A DNA stretch of 64,000 bases from NCBI RefSeq assembly GCF_036365525.1, contig NC_090413.1, forward strand, positions 28,968,262 through 29,032,261. Reading direction: 5' to 3'. Of the stretch, positions 37,561 through 50,755 are shown in pieces. The notes below the pieces were generated by a model. That model ran no database searches. It was not told the origin of the DNA and worked only from the letters and a program-made list of their open reading frames with translations. Made by a program: the position numbers and the translations under genes. Each line of letters begins with the position of its first letter. Within the stretch, counting starts at the first letter, position 1. The DNA is from Heterodontus francisci (taxonomy: Eukaryota).

Positions 37561-39140
37561 CCCAGTGCAATGGACATAAATATGTAGGAAACCAACATCT
37601 TCTGTGACCCTCACGCTAAAAAGCCTTCAATATATCACCCTTTTGTTTCCTCATCTTCCTACTTTTAACATAGGAATAAAAGAATTTCTATTGAGAAATC
37701 CCTTGTCCGATTCATCAATTTACCTTCCCAAATACTCACAAAAATATGAACGATTCAGTAACTTTTCAAAGTAAAACTTGTTTTGGAAAATTACAATTAC
37801 TGACATTGGTGATGCAATCACTCTGATTTGATATTTTTGAAAAAATAATTACACATTTGAAAATATCTTCAGATGATACAAATCCTTATTCACATATACA
37901 ATCCTGTTCATACATCCTGTTCAAGCATGCCAAAATTAGACAAATATCTCTTAATATTTTTACAGGTAGCATTTACATATTTCTTTATATTAAACATTCC
38001 AGCTAGCACATGCTCAGAAAACAGTAGCACATGAAAGCTCAAAATTTATATCTAAAAATATGTATAAAAAAAGATACTTGTTCACATTATCGAAGCATGC
38101 TATTCATCAGCGATCACATAAATGATTATTTTACAGTGTCAAATCTCAATTCCAGTTTATTAGTGAGAAACAAAGTGAGCCTCCCTGACCTTCATGAGTT
38201 TCAAGCAATCATGTATTAGATTGTTTTTCAAAGGGAATTTAAACTTGCCCTAAAAAGCAAGACCATCTGTGGATAAAAGGTTAGAATTTTTTTTAAATGC
38301 TGTGAGTAAAATTTTAAGTGCAATCAGTCAAATTCCTACTTAAAAGGAATTCAACAACAAGATTTATTTATATAGCACCTTTAATGTAGTAAAACATCCC
38401 AAGGTGTTCATCAAGGAGCGTTATCAAACAGATTTGAGGAGGTATTAGGACAGACGGCCAAATGTTTGGTCAACGAGGTAGGTTTTAAGGAGCATCTTAT
38501 GACCATAATATGATGGAATTTTACGTTAAGTTTGAAAGCGATGTAGTTCAGTCAGAAACTAGGGTCTTAAATCTAAGCGAAGGAAACTATGAAGGTATGA
38601 GGGACAAGTTGGCTTTAGTGGATTGGGAAACTACTTTAAAAGGTATGACGGTAAACATGTAACGGCTATCATTGAAAGAACTAATACATCATTTACAACA
38701 AAAATACATTCCTTTAATGCACAAAAACCCAGCAAGGAAAGTGTTCCGATCGTGACTAATGAAAGAAATCAAGGATTGTATCAGAGCAAAGGAAGAGGTA
38801 TATAAAGCTGCCAAAAAGATGGTAAGCCTGAGGATTGGGAGCATTTCAAAAGTCTGCAAAGGAGGATCAAGAGAAAGATTAAGAAAGGGAAAATAGAATG
38901 AGAGTAAACTAGCAAGCAACATGAAAAGGGACTGTAAAAGCTTCTATAGGTATGTAAAAAGATCAGCAAAGACAAATGTGGGTCCATTACAAGCGGAGTC
39001 AGGAGAATTTATAATGGGGAATAAGGAAATGGCAGAGAAACTAAACAAATACTTTGTGTTTGTCTTCACGGAGGAAAATACTAAAAACCTCCCAGAAATA
39101 ATGAAGAATCAAGGGACTAGTGTAAACGAGGAACTGTAAG

Positions 39141-39420
39141 ATATTGGCCTCCTTATTTCGGGAGACAATGGGTAAGCGTCTGGAGGTGATCAGTGGTTTG
39201 TGGAGCAGCGCCTGGAGTGGCTATAAAGGCCAATACTAGAGTGACAGACTCTTCCACAGGTGCCGCAGATAGAATTGGTTGTCAGGGCTGTTACACAGTT
39301 GGCTCTCCCCTTGCGCTTCTGTCTTTTTTCCTGCCAACTGCTAAGTCTCTTCGACTCGCCACACTTTAGCCCCGCCTTTATGGCTGCCTGCCAGCTCTGG
39401 CGATCACTGGCAACTGACTC
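39141..39420 (-). mobile_element. RTE-clade LINE 3' end nested in CR1
   Basis: C-terminal WQAAIK...CGTCGRVCHSSIGLYSHSRRC zinc-finger typical of RTE elements. Confidence 0.75.
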
Positions 39421-40540
39421 CCTTAAAGTAGATAAATCCCCTGGATTTGATAATCTACATACCAGAGTGTTGAAAGAGGTGGCTGTAGAGATAGTAGATG
39501 CATTGGTGGTCATCTTTCAAAATTCTATGGACTCTGGAATGGTTCCTGCAGATTGGAAGGTGGGAATTCTAACCCCACGATTTCAGAATGGAGGGAAAGA
39601 GAAAACAGGGAACTACAGACCTGTCAGCCTAAAATCAGTTGCGGGGGAAATGCTAGAATCTATAATAAAGGATGTGATAACAGGACATTTGGCAAATAAT
39701 GGTAGGATTGGTCAGAGTCAACATGGATTTATGAAAGGGAAATCATGTTTAACAAACCTGTTAGAGTTTTTGAGGATGTAACTGGCTGAATAGATAAGGG
39801 GAAACCAGTAGATGTGGTATATTTAGATTTTCAGAAAGCTTTTGATAAGGTCCCACAAGAGGTGAGTGAACAAAATTAGAGCACATGGGATTGGAGGGAA
39901 TATACTGTCATGGATTGAGAACTGGTTAACGGGTAGAAGACAGAGAGTAGGAATAAATGAGTCATTTTTGGATTGGCAGGCTGTTGCTAGTGGGGTACCG
40001 CAATGATCAGTGCTTGGGCCCCAGCTAGTCACAATCTATATCAATTATTTGGATGTGGGAATTGAATGTAATATTTCCAAGTTGGTAAATGACACAAAAG
40101 TATGTGGAAGTATGAGTTGTGAGGAGGATGCAAAGACACTTCAAAGGGATTTGCAGAGGATAAGTGAGTGGGAAAAAATTTGGAAGATGGAATACAATGT
40201 GGAGAAATGTGAGGTTTTCCACTTTGGTAGGAAAAACAGAAATAGAGTATTTCTTAAATGGTGAGGGGCTGGGAAGTGTTGAACTTCAAAGGGACTTGGG
40301 TGTCCTTGTTCATGATTAATTTAAAACAACATGCAGGTACAGGAATCAATTAAGAAGGCAAATGGTATGTTGGCCTTCATTACAAGAGGATTTGAGTATT
40401 GGAGTAAAGATGTCAACTGCAATGATATAGAGCCTTGGTGAGACCCTACCCGGAGTATTGTCTGCAGTTTTGGTCTCCTTACCTAAGGAAAGATATACTT
40501 GCCCTGGAGGGAATGTAACAAAGGTTCACCAAACTAATTC

Positions 40541-41585
40541 AAAGAACAAAGAACAAAGAAAATTACAGCACAGGAACAGGCCCTTCAGCCCTCCAAGCCT
40601 GCGCCGATCCAGATCCTCTATCTAAACATGTCGTCTATTTTCTAAGGGTCTGTATCTCTTTGCTTCCTGCCCATTCATGTATCTGTCCAGATACATCTTA
40701 AAAGATGCTATCGTGCCCGCGTCTACCACTTCCGCTGGCAACGCGTTCCAGGCACCCACCACCCTCTGCGTAAAGAACTTTCCACGCATATCCCCCCTAA
40801 ACTTTTCCCCTCTCACTTTGAACTCGTGACCCCTAGTAATTGAATCCCCCACTCTGGGAAAAAGCTTTTTTTTTAGATTAGAGATACAGCACTGAAACAG
40901 GCCCTTCGAGTCTGTGCCGAACATCAACCACCCATTTATACTAATCCTGCACTAATCCCATATTCCTACCAAACATCCCCACCTGTCCCTATATTTCCCT
41001 ACCACCTACCTATACTAGTCACAATTTATAATGGCCAATTTACCTATCAACCTGCAAGTCTTTTGGCTTGTGGGAGGAAACCGGAGTACCCGGAGAAAAC
41101 CCACGCAGACACAGGGAGAACTTGCAAACTCCACACAGGCAGTACCCGGAATCGAACCCGGGTCCCTGGAACTGTGAGGCTGCGGTGCTAACCACTGCGC
41201 CACTGTGCCGCCCCTTGTCTATACCTCTCATGATTTTGTACACAGTGGCGGCACAGTGGCGCAGTGGTTAGCACCGCAGCCTCACAGCTCCAGCGACCCA
41301 GGTTCAATTCTGGGTACTGCCTGTGTGGAGTTTGCAAGTTCTCCCTGTGTCTGCTCCGGTTTCCTCCCACAGCCAAAGGACTTGCAGGTTGATAGGTAAA
41401 TTGGCCATTATAAATTGCCCCTAGTATAGGTAGGTGGTAGGGGAATATAGGGACAGGTGAGGATATGGTAGGAATATGGGATTAGTGTAGGATTAGTATA
41501 AATGGGTGGTTAATGGTCGGCACAGACTCGGTGGGCCGAAGGGCCTGTTTCAGTGCTGTATCTCTAAATCTAAAAAATAAATCTA
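40541..41585. mobile_element. Composite insertion: CR1 3' end (-), HE1 SINE (-) 40866-41214, CR1 remnant 41215-41243, HE1 SINE (+) 41247-41585
   Basis: Absent from copy 1 (empty site ctaattcctggg at ~973-984); TSD aattc 40536-40540/41586-41590. Confidence 0.88.
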
Positions 41586-43288
41586 AATTCCTGGGAGGAA
41601 TTGTCCTATGAGGAAAGATTAATTAGACTGGGGCTTTATTCTCTGGAGTTTAAAAGAATGAGAGGTCTGTTTGAATGAGATCACAACATTCTTACAGGTC
41701 TTGACAGGGTAGATGCAGGAAGGATGTTTCCCCTGGCTGAGGAGTCTAGAACCGGGGACACAATCTCAGAATAAGGGGCAGGCCATTTAGGACGGAGATG
41801 AGGAGGAATTTCTTCACTCAGAGGGTGGTGAATCTTTGGAATTCTCTGCCCCCGAGGGCTATGGAGGCTCAGTCATTGAGCATGTTCAAGATTGAAATCG
41901 ATAGATTTTAACATATTTATAATTTCAAGTAATATGGGAATAGTGCAGAAAAATGGTGTTGAAGTAGAAGATCAGCCATCATCTCATTGAATGGCAGAGG
42001 GGCTCAAAGGGCTAATTGGCCTACTCCTGCTCCTATTTCCTATGTTTTTATGTTCTTTAAGCAGGAGACAGAGACACAGAGATTTAGGGAAGAATTTCCA
42101 GAACGGGGCTAAACTGTGGCAAATAGATTTCAATGTAGGCAAATGTGAGTGACCAAAAAATGGTAGAACAGGGTACTTCCTAAATGGTGAAAATCTAGTA
42201 AAAGTGGGTGTCCAAAGAGATCTTGGGGTCCGGGTACATAGATCATTCAAAATGTCATGAACAGTTACAGACAATAATCAGCAAGGTTAATGAAATGAAA
42301 GCAATGAAATGCTGGCCTTTATATCTCGAGGATTAGAACACAAGGCGGTAAGAGTCATGCTACAGCGAGACAAAGCCCTGGTTAGACCACACCTGGAGTA
42401 CTGTGAGCAGGTCTGGGCATAACACCTTTGGAAGAATATATTGGCCTTCGAGGAAGTGCAGCATAAGTATTCAAGATGCCTGGATTCAAAGGGTTAATTA
42501 CAAGGAGAGATTACACAAGCTAGGCTTGGATTACCTGGAATTTATAAGTTTAAGGGGTGATTTGATTGAAGTTTTCAAAATCTTAAGGGGAGCATAAAGG
42601 GAAGATAGAGATAAACTATTTCACTGGTTGGGGAGTCTAAGAGCCGGAGTTTATTCTGGTGGCGACGGGCCAGACGGTGGTGCGGGAGAGACCCCACCTC
42701 AGCCTTCTGTCTGATCCCCGTTGCAATCAAGTTGTGGGCAGCCAATTAGCTGTTCGCAGTGGTGGACGCCAACCCATTGAGGGACAAGGCTCCCTCATCC
42801 AGAGCTGCCAGCCAATTGGAAGGAGCAGTGGTTACTGCCCGTACTGCAGGAGCCCTGCAGCATCAAGGACGTTTTAGACCCTGGGACAGGTAAGTGGGGT
42901 CGAGGTCCCGATACCATTCAGGCAGGGCCTGGTGACAGGGTTGGGGTGTAGGTTGGTGGGTAGGGGGAGGGTCCCCGGTAAGGGATGGGAAGGCAGTCAT
43001 CGCTGCCAGGGGTGTCCACTGGGAGCTCTGGATTTCCACAAATAAGGGACCCTTCCCCTCTCCCAACCCACTAGGAGGCTGCCAGGCTTTACCTGGAGAT
43101 GACATTTTAATGATTTCTTTGGTCCTCCACTGTTACTAGTATTTGTCCACAATAGTTGACAAATAATCTTTTAAAATAGATGAAACTTGTTTCATATTAT
43201 TGTCCCTTGCAGGCTATAGTTTTGATTCCAGATTTTGTTTTCCACTTGGGTCTATTGGATTATTGTTGGTCTTTGTATTTTGTAGTTT

Positions 43289-43401
43289 TTATTTTCCTGT
43301 TTTCCAGTCATTCCTCTTCAAGTAATAAATGATGGCTCCTGTTGCAAGGACAAATATGGCCACCACTGATACACTTACTGCAGCTATGATAGCTGTCATA
43401 T
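43289..43401 (-). CDS. Gene A terminal exon: TM helix + truncated cytoplasmic tail
   Basis: cctcacAG acceptor; (D)MTAIIAAVSVSVVAIFVLATGAIIYYLKRNDWKTGK*; the frame stays open past the stop (KLQNTK...ESKL*) to 43214. Confidence 0.8.
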
Positions 43402-44594
43402 CTGTGAGGAAAAATGGAAGTTGAATAAATGATTTGCAAAACTGTATTTGAATAATCTTTTTTCAAAATACCACAATTTGCTCAGCGTTTTTAATCTTCT
43501 CATGTCAGATACATATTTTGTTCCATGTGTGTCCAAGCAGAACTACATCTTTGCAATTTGAAATTCTACTGCAATCACGAGAGAGCAATGACCATTCAGT
43601 TCAGTTTAGATTAGGAATTGATTGCAGTAGTTGTGCTGATATCCCTTCACTGGCATCATTGACTTCTTCTGCCTTTGAGTTCTTGTACCTCCTGTCAATC
43701 TTGTTCAGATCCCTCCTGTTCTCTGTTACAATCCCACCTTCAACTAAAATCTGAAGGCTTCAAACTTGAGCACACCTGGAATATATAGTGTGTGATCTTG
43801 TTATTCACCACAAAATCTAACTTGACTCAAGCCCTGACCCAGATTCACTCTGCAGCTTCTGCCCTTCCCTTTGTCACTCTCACTACTTCCATAAGACCAC
43901 CTCCACCTGCCTCAATATCCTCTCTACCTAACTTCTGATCTTTCAACTACCTTTACTGTCCCTGTGATTTCTGATGTCATAAAGGACTCCATTTGTTCCC
44001 ATGCAAAACCTCCATTATCCCTTCCACCAAAAGCATGCACCTGCCCCACTCGTCTTTTCTAACTACTGCTCCATCTTCAGTTTCCTTTCCTCTCGAAGTT
44101 CCTTACACTTACCATTTCCACCAGCTCCATGTCTGCATCTTCCACAACTACCTACTTGAATATTCGATCCTATTTCCACCCTGCCCATAGCACTGACATA
44201 GTCACAGAGTGCTAAGACTAAGACAGTGACAAAGGTGTGTTATCCCTCTTTGCCCTCCTCAACCACTCTGTGTTACTCAACATAGTTTACCTCCTCTACC
44301 AGTTCTGCTGTGCAATCCAGCTTTGTATTACTGATCTTGCTTGGTTCCATCCGACCTGTTCTGATGCGAGGTTTTTTTTTATCTCATCCTTACACACCCA
44401 TCTCTTAAGTCCACCAAGAATCCATCCGTGGTTCTCTCTTCTTCCTCAAATACATAGTTCCCCTCAATAACATCCATAACCACAGGTTTTATAAATCATT
44501 TATTCAACTTCCATTTTTCCCCACAGCTCTCATAGAATGATGCTATAGGAATGGAACTAAAGAGGGACAAAATAGTTCTCCAAGATGGAATTCT

Positions 44595-45525
44595 AGAACG
44601 GTTAACTACAGAAGGCAACTATTCGGCCCATCGAGCACATGCCAGCTCTCTGCAAGAGTAATTTAGGTAGTCCCACTCACTGGCCCTTTCCCTGTAGCCC
44701 TACAAATCTTTTGCCTTCACAGCTCTCCAATTCCCTTTTGAAAGCCTTGATTGAATCTACCTCCAGCACCATTTCAGATCATAACCATTCACTGCAAAAA
44801 AGGTTTTCCTTATGTTGCCTTTGGTTCTTTTGTTAATCACTTTAAATCTGTGTCCTCTGGTTCTAGACCCATATCCACTATTCAGACCCCTCATGTTTTT
44901 GAACACCTCTATCAAATTTCCTTTCAACCTTATCTTCTCTAAGGAGAACAAGCCAAGCTTCTCCAATTTATCCTTGTAATTGAAATCTCTCATTCCTGGA
45001 ACCATTCTCATAAATCTTTTTTGCATCCTCACTAATGCCTTCATATCTTTCCTAAAGTGTGGTGCCCATAACTGGACACAATATTCCAGTTGAGTCTGAA
45101 CCAGTTTTTTTTATAAAGGTTTGTCATCACTTCCTTGCTTTAGTACCTTATGCCTCTATTTATAAAACCCAGGATTCCATATGCCTTCTTAACCACTTTT
45201 TCAATCTGCCCTATCACTTTCAATGATTTGTGCACATATACCCTCTGGACCCTCTGCTCCTGCACCCCCTTCAGAATTGTATCCTTTAGTCTATATTGCC
45301 TCCCTTCATTCTTCCTACCAAAATGTATCACTTTTCACTTCTATTCATTAAATGTTATCTTTTCATCCATTCCGTCAGCTTGTCTATGTCTTCTTGGAGC
45401 CTATCACTATGCTCCTTACAGTTCACTATATTTCCACATTTTGTGTCATTGCAAATTTTGAAATTGTGCCCTGGACACCCAAATCTAAGTCATTAATATA
45501 AATCAAGAAAAGCAGTGGTCCTAGT
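44595..45525 (-). mobile_element. CR1 3' fragment (duplicate of 4228-5160)
   Basis: Near-identical to copy 1. Confidence 0.88.
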
Positions 45526-46461
45526 TGTCAGATTAGTAAGTGGTGTAATGAGAATGGCAGGAGGTGATAAACAATAAATGCCAGCAGCACTACCCATGGC
45601 TGGTGTCAGAAAAATATAGTTGGCCTAATGAGCATGCAAGGTAGTTGTCTGCTCATGTTTCTGTGTTGTATCAGCTTGTAATAAATTATGATCAGGTTCT
45701 TCATGTCTACAAATACCTTCATTTTCTCTCCAACTTCCCTAAATCTTTTCTGTCTGTCTACAAAAACCATCTCTTTGATCAGGCTTTTGGTCACTTTCCC
45801 CTAACTTTTGCACTCAGGCTTGCATCTGTTCATTTCTTCCTGTAAGCAGGAGAATGTTTTGCTACATTAAAACTGCTGTATCAATTAATTTGTTGTGAGA
45901 GGATAGATCTTGCATCCTCCCACTAGACATCAGTGTTCCAACATTCAGAACCATCGTGTTGCTACACTTCTGTCATTCTCAATACAGCCACTCGGATACA
46001 AATAATATTGGTGCAGATTCATTCTCTGTTCATTGTTCTTTCTTCTATTGAGCTGGTCTTAAAGATTATGGTAATTGTAGAGATAACGTGAGTCTTAGCA
46101 CCCTTTGATTAACTGCATCATTAACTACCATTTGTAGGTAGCTAACATCAAAAATATACTGTAAGTTTCTAGTTGATAATTGCGAAATTTAATAGTGAAT
46201 AGACCGATACTTGGAATATTACTTAAACTGCAGGAGACTAAGGATGACCAAGTGAGTCCCTGCAATACATTGGCATATTAGCACTGAGCACTACAAACTT
46301 GGCATGGCAATCCAGGTGAACATGTGGAGTGGAGCAGGGACAAAAAAGTTAGCAGAATAAAAACTAGTGCTTATGTTATTCTCTTTGAAGTAGAGATTTA
46401 TGCTGCAGTTTATACTAAAGATAGATGTTTTAATCAATTATCACTGGGATTTCAGACTGGC

Positions 46462-46740
46462 CTTTGATTGTGATGTCCACGTTCTTCTCATCAGCTCCAA
46501 GTTTATTAGCAGCTGTACATTTATATATTCCATTATTTTTTGATGTGGCTTTTGAAATATGGAGGTCTCCTGGAGGCTTAATCACAACATTGCTTTTTTT
46601 GGGATATTCCCATTTCAGTGTTGGCTGTGGGTTTCCTTGGGAGTCACAGATTAATATAATGCTGTCACCATTACTGAAATGTACTGGGGACTCTGAGATA
46701 ATTTTCTTATTTGCTGATATAGTTGTACCTATAGGTTTAT
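46462..46740 (-). CDS. Gene A Ig domain 3 exon (homologue of gene B domain 6); not in the ORF track
   Basis: cttttgcAG acceptor, 279 nt open: YKPIGTTISANKKIISESPVHFSNGDSIILICDSQGNPQPTLKWEYPKKSNVVIKPPGDLHISKATSKNNGIYKCTAANKLGADEKNVDITIK; donor AAG|GCCAGT. Confidence 0.88.
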
Positions 46741-47339
46741 CTGCAAAAGAAAAGAAAATGTTTGAAAATTAAGTGAGAAGTGACTTCCATTTCATTTTGT
46801 TAAAGTGCAATTATATCTTCTTTTAACTTAAATGCTTTGTGCTATAAATTAGGCTTCAGCAGAAACGATTCTGTGCCCAGACCTTTGCCATTGTGCAAAA
46901 ACAGCCAGAGCAGACTCCCTATCAAATCTTGTTTCTTTCCAATGAAAAATTGTTGCATAGTAACGGACCACCTAAAATTAGGGCTTGCACTTAGGGGCAT
47001 CCTGTGAAACTGTTTCACTGCACAATGATACAATCAATGCCAAACACCAATTGTTATTACGCTTCGATATATTTCCCCCACAAAAGGGCCTGAATTAATA
47101 TTGCACAGAACATCTATAATAAGCATCTCAAAGCTCTTCCATGCAATAAGTACACTGACTATGATATAATCAAATGTGGCTGCCTTGGGATTATTTATGG
47201 TGCATTCAAAGTGACTCTATTGCAAGAGGGGTTTTTGAGATGGAGAGTGCAAGATTGGAGTATAATTGGAACAGTGTATAAAACATGTGTTCAGGAACTT
47301 TTTGTTAAAGATATTTCAAACACACGATATTGTGATAAT

Positions 47340-48126
47340 ATAAAAGCAAAGTACTGCGGATGCTGGAAATATGAAAAAAACCTGAAAGTGTCGGAAATAC
47401 TCAGCAGGTCTGGCAGCATCAGTGGAAAGAGAAGCAGAGTTAACGTTTCAGGTCTGTGACCTTTTATCAGGTTCGAAGTGAAATAGGTTTTAAGCAAGTA
47501 AAGCGAAAGTGGGGGGAGAGAGTACAAAAGGGAAAGTGTGTGATAGGACAGAGAGCTGGAGAGATTAACTGACAAGGAGGTCATGCTTGCTATTTCAACA
47601 CACCCCCCTGCTCTCATGTCCATATGTCTGTCCTTGGCCTGTTGCAGTGTTCCAGTGAATATCAACACAAGCACGAAGTACAGCATCTCATTTTCCAATT
47701 AGGCACTCTGCAGCCTTCGGGACTGAACATTGGGTTCAATAATTTCAGAGCAAGACTGGCTCATTTTTTTATCATTTTTTATTTTATTTTGTTTTGTCAT
47801 TTTTTACCATGTGCCTGCCTTAATCTGGGTTTTTCATGTTTGTGCTTTTGACTAGGGCTGTTCATTATTCTGTCATTAACACTCTCTCTGCACTAATGCT
47901 TTGTCTTTCACCACGCCATTAGCACACTCGCTTTGCCTTTGCCCCATGACTTCCTTGTCAGTTAATCTCTCCGGCCCTCTGTCCTATCACACACCCTCCG
48001 CTTTGTTCTCTTTTCCCCACCTGCACTTCACTTGCTTAAAACCTGTTACATTTCTAATCTTTGCTGTTCTGATAAAAGGTCACAGACCTGAAAGGTTATC
48101 TCTGCTTCTCTCTCCACAGATGCTGT
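47340..48126. mobile_element. Older Penelope-related element with the same inverted architecture
   Basis: 47340-47583 is the 3' terminus in reverse; 47584-48126 is the GIY-YIG C-terminus (SVLGLLQCSSE...GTLQPSGLNIGFNNFRA) plus 3' UTR; degenerate hammerheads in both arms. Confidence 0.82.
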
Positions 48127-48129
48127 CAA

Positions 48130-49412
48130 ACAGTATTAATGTGGCTGGGCCAGTTCAGTTTCTAGTCAATGATAACCCCAGGATTTGGATATTGGGGGAT
48201 TCAGCGCTGGTAATGCCATTTGGGTGGCACAGTGGCGCAGGGGTTAGCACGCAGCCTAACAGCTCCAGCGACCGGGTTTGGTTCTGGGTACTGCCTGTGC
48301 GGAGTTTGCAAGTTCTCCCTGTGACCGCGTGGGGGTGCTCCGGTTTCCTCCCATGCACCAATTGATAGGTAAATTAGCCATTGTAAAAAAAAAAATGCCC
48401 CTTGTGGTGGTAGGAGAATTGAGGGAAGGTGGGGATGTGAGAGGGAAAATGGGATTAATGTAGGATTAGAATAAATGGCTGGTTGATGGTCAGAGCGGAC
48501 TATTGGGCCGAAGGGCCTGTTGCGGTGCTGTTTCTCTCTATGAAAATCAAGGGGAGATGGTTAGATTCTCTCTTGTTGGAGACAGTCATTGCCTGGCACT
48601 TATGTAGCTTGAATGTTACTTGCCACTTTTCAGCCCAAGACTGGATGTTTTCCAGGTCTTGCTGCATCTGGACATGGACTGCTTCAGTATCTGAGGAGTC
48701 GCGAATGGTACTAAACACTGTGCAATTATCAGAGAACATCCCCATGCTGACTTATGATCGAAGTAAGGTCATTGATGAAGAAGCTGAAGATGGTTGGGCC
48801 TAGGCCACTAATCTGAGGAACTCGTGCAGTGATGTCCTGGAAATGAGATGATTGCCGTCCAACAACAGCCATCTTCCTTTGTGCTAGGTATGATTCCAAC
48901 CAGTGTGTTTCCCCGATTCCCATTGACTCCAGTTTGGCTCCTTGATGCCATACGCAGTTAAATGCTGCCTTGATGTCAAGGGCAGTCACTCTCACCTCAT
49001 CTCAGCTCTTTCGTCCATGTTTGGACCAAGGCTGTAATGAGGTCAGGAGCTGATTGACACTGGCAGAACCCAAACCGAGCATCACTGAGCAGGTTATTGC
49101 TGAGCAAATGCCACTTGATAGCACTGTCAACAACCCCTTCCATTACTTAGCTGATGATCAAGAGTAGACTAATAGGGCAGTAACTGGCTGGGTTGGATTT
49201 GTCCTGCTTTATGTGTACAGGATATACCTGGGCAATTTTCCACATTGCCGGGTAGATGCCAGTGTTGTAGCTGTACTGGAACAGCTTGGCTAGGGGCACA
49301 GCAAGTTCTGGAGCACGAGTCTTCAGTACTGTAGCCGGAATGTTGTCAGGACCCATAGCCTTTGCAGTATCCAGTGCCTTCAGCCATTTCTTAATATCAC
49401 GTGGAGTGAATC
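48130..49412 (-). mobile_element. Internal RT fragment of the tRNA-headed LINE family
   Basis: ALDIKAAF, MGPDNIPA and WQVTF motifs. Confidence 0.85.
48222..48541 (+). mobile_element. Diverged HE1-type SINE nested in a LINE fragment
   Basis: ggcacagtggcgcag head, V-core, gggccgaagggcctgt tail. Confidence 0.85.
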
Positions 49413-50169
49413 GGAGTAACAACCCAATGTCCAGTATACCACATTATACTAGTGTTCAACTTGATGAGAAAATAATATGGTGGGGAAAACATTTTCAAAA
49501 TGTATTTAGAATGATTTTATTGGTTGTTGTTTTCCTGTTTTTAATTGTTAGTTCTTGAACATTGTAATTAGTAGTCTCAGTTGCTGTTAACTACACACTC
49601 ATTGTTATGTTCAGAACATTCTTAGTTGTGATTTGTTGTTTTATAAATATCAGATTTGAGAACCAAGTGGCAGTTTAACACAGAAATTTCTATGCATACA
49701 GATGTGACAACAAAACGCAGATGAGATCATGGCCCCAAAGTTCCACACAGTGAGTTACACAAACTTTGTGTCAATGGCACGAGCTGGAAAGATATTTAAA
49801 TCAGAATTTTCAAGGTCAGATTATTGGTCCATTGAAGTTGTAATTTGATAAAATTAATGTAAAATGGGAAAAATCTGTTGTGTATCTAGAGTGCAGCCTT
49901 TAAAAATCCAGTTCTGGCTAAGATTATTCCAGCAGCATGGGAGAGTAGGAGTTAGGTAAGGATCATTGCTTGAGTTGATCATCAGCTAGCTCAACTGGGT
50001 GTCTTATGAATGATTTTGTGCCACTTTACAAGAATCTGTAGCACAGGTCAACCTGGAGGCAGCAGTGAAAGAATGGACAAGGACATAACACAGTTAGAAA
50101 GATGATGACTGAATTTCACAGCATGCAACCCTTCCACAATGAAACAGAACATAGGACAGATAGATTGGT

Positions 50170-50320
50170 GGTGTCCATGGCAGGAAAACTACCCAAAAGA
50201 CCATTGGTCCCATGAGTAGGGACATGGCGCTGGAAGTGAAAGCCAACTCTCTCTTTTCAAGAACTGCAAACCAGCGGTACAAGAAATTTAGTGACCTCAC
50301 CATGGCAGGCAAGGCAACAT
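50170..50320 (+). mobile_element. Possible Harbinger-associated Myb/SANT gene remnant
   Basis: MALEVKANSLFSRTANQRYKKFSDLT resembles the RT..QC.KKF.DL trihelix motif. Confidence 0.45.
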
Positions 50321-50429
50321 GCATGCCACTCTCCCTTTTCTTCCTTGGGCACTAACATACTTTTCCTGATCTAAAAGTAATAACTATACAAGTACCCCTT
50401 CACAATGGGCAGTTACTCAGAAACTAACA

Positions 50430-50755
50430 CTGCTGCACTCTTGAAGAAACTGTCCTTTGGATGAAACTTTAAATTTGTCCTCTCAATTTGAAATATAAAA
50501 CACCATATAATACCTAGTATTCAAAGACGAGCAGGGGAGTTCTCCTGTGTCCTATTCAACATTTATTCAACATCACTATAATAGATTATCTGGTTATTTA
50601 TTTCATTGCAGTTTGTGAAATCTTGCTGTGTGCAAATTGGCTGCAATATTTTGCAACATTACACAGTGACCACACTTCAAAAGTTATCAATCAATTATGA
50701 AGAGCTTTGAGACATTCAGAGGATGTCAAAGGTGTTATACAAATGCAAGTTCTGT
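50430..50755 (+). mobile_element. Deu-domain (SacSINE1-like) SINE fragment with L2-type tail
   Basis: gagcaggggagttctcc...gattatctgg...ttgctgtgtgcaaattggctgc...ttatacaaatgcaagt; recognised from memory, not searched. Confidence 0.55.

Larger units (their letters stand above)
38490..42058 (+). mobile_element. Long degenerate CR1 LINE ORF2 with nested RTE and composite insertions
   Basis: KSFYRYVK, DKSPGFD, GNYRPVSL and QHGFMKGKSCLTNLLEF motifs. Confidence 0.88.
39566..46258. repeat. Segmental/tandem duplication copy 2
   Basis: Paralogous to 1-5893; offset 40365-40368 in the unique part. Confidence 0.95.

Noticed and set aside
37740-37806. Candidate leader exon for gene B (MSVIVIFQNKFYFEKLLNRSYF, 67 nt, phase 1, GTGAGT donor)
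   Set aside because: Same length and phase as gene A's leader, but it has no hydrophobic core and no similarity to it; likely chance, though worth checking with RNA-seq.
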